NCBI GenBank assembly: GCA_963701965.1
Contig: OY969695.1
Span: 512,001 to 576,000 of the forward strand
Source: an uncultured Gemmatimonadales bacterium
Lineage (GTDB): Bacteria; Gemmatimonadota; Gemmatimonadetes; Gemmatimonadales; Gemmatimonadaceae
Reading direction: 5' to 3'
Length of the DNA stretch: 64,000 bases
Below are positions 63,447-64,000 of this stretch, one piece after another. The translations under genes and the position numbers were made by a program. Every line of letters starts with the position of its first letter. Positions within the stretch are counted from its first letter, which is position 1. The notes below the pieces were generated by a model. The model was given only the letters and a program-made list of their open reading frames with translations, searched no databases and was not told the origin of the DNA.

Positions 63447-64000
63447 CCGGCGGCCAGCCGGGCGAAGGTGTCGCCGCGCTCGACGTAGTTCTTGAACATG
63501 TCGTAGCTCGAGCACGCCGGCGACAGCACGACCGCGTCTCCCGGCTGGGCCAGGGCGCGCGCGCGCGCGATCACCGCTTCGAAATCGTGGCCCAAGCGCT
63601 CGACGGGCACGACGCCGGCCAGGTCTCGCGCGATCAGGGGACCCGCCTCGCCGTAGGCGAGAACGGCCTTCCCGACGCGGCGGAGTGGAGCGGCGAGCGC
63701 GGTATAGGGCTCACCCTTGTGTCGGCCACCCGCGAGCAGGATCGTCGGACGCGTCATGCCCTCGAGCGCTACGAGCGTCGAGCTGACGTTGGTCGCCTTG
63801 GAGTCGTTGATCCATTGGACGCCTTGGTACTCCCCCACGATCTGCAAACGGTGCGGCAGAGCGCGAAACGTGCGCAGACCCTCGGCGAGGCGGCGCAGCG
63901 CGTCCGGCGCCCCATGCGCGGCGTCGGCGACGACGACAGCCAGTGCGGCGGCGAGGGCATTGGCGACGTTGTGATCGCCAATGAGGGCCAGGGCCGATCG
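63443..64000 (-). CDS. murD: UDP-MurNAc-L-Ala--D-Glu ligase, C-terminal part (truncated by window end)
   Basis: NDSKATN, AGGRHKG and LSPACSSYDMFKNYVERG. Confidence 0.93.
   Translation of the reverse strand, partial: RSALALIGDHNVANALAAALAVVVADAAHGAPDALRRLAEGLRTFRALPHRLQIVGEYQGVQWINDSKATNVSSTLVALEGMTRPTILLAGGRHKGEPYTALAAPLRRVGKAVLAYGEAGPLIARDLAGVVPVERLGHDFEAVIARARALAQPGDAVVLSPACSSYDMFKNYVERGDTFARLAAG

Overview
A gene-dense, high-GC bacterial chromosome segment of mostly housekeeping genes, nearly all on the minus strand. Gene content and order suggest Gemmatimonadota (inference). Reading the minus strand from the right: the end of the dcw cluster (murD-ftsW-murG-murC-ftsQ-ftsA-ftsZ), an M23 peptidase, ftsY, recG, asnS, alr-cdd, an outer-membrane barrel/lipoprotein pair, a hybrid kinase, miaB, a ComFB-family gene, fbp, methylmalonyl-CoA mutase, argS, purM, ribD-ribE-ribBA-ribH-nusB, an hpf-hprK-mannose-type PTS-ptsH-ptsI-metK-ahcY cluster running into a Btu/Fec-type ABC importer, a DGPF/ECF42 sigma pair, recO-selB and clpB-tadA. 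I saw no rRNA, tRNA, CRISPR array or mobile element, and no large accessory system is evident. The most notable signals are: (1) a recurring CATC->CATTC/CATT lesion that explains five frameshifts, an in-frame TGA in hpf and two broken catalytic motifs, possibly the footprint of a DNA-methylation motif in long-read base calls; (2) eight genes with a TANNNT box 6-8 nt before the start codon and no SD, suggesting leaderless transcription; (3) two inverted DnaA boxes upstream of ftsZ; (4) a perfect 13-bp hairpin inside a coding region.
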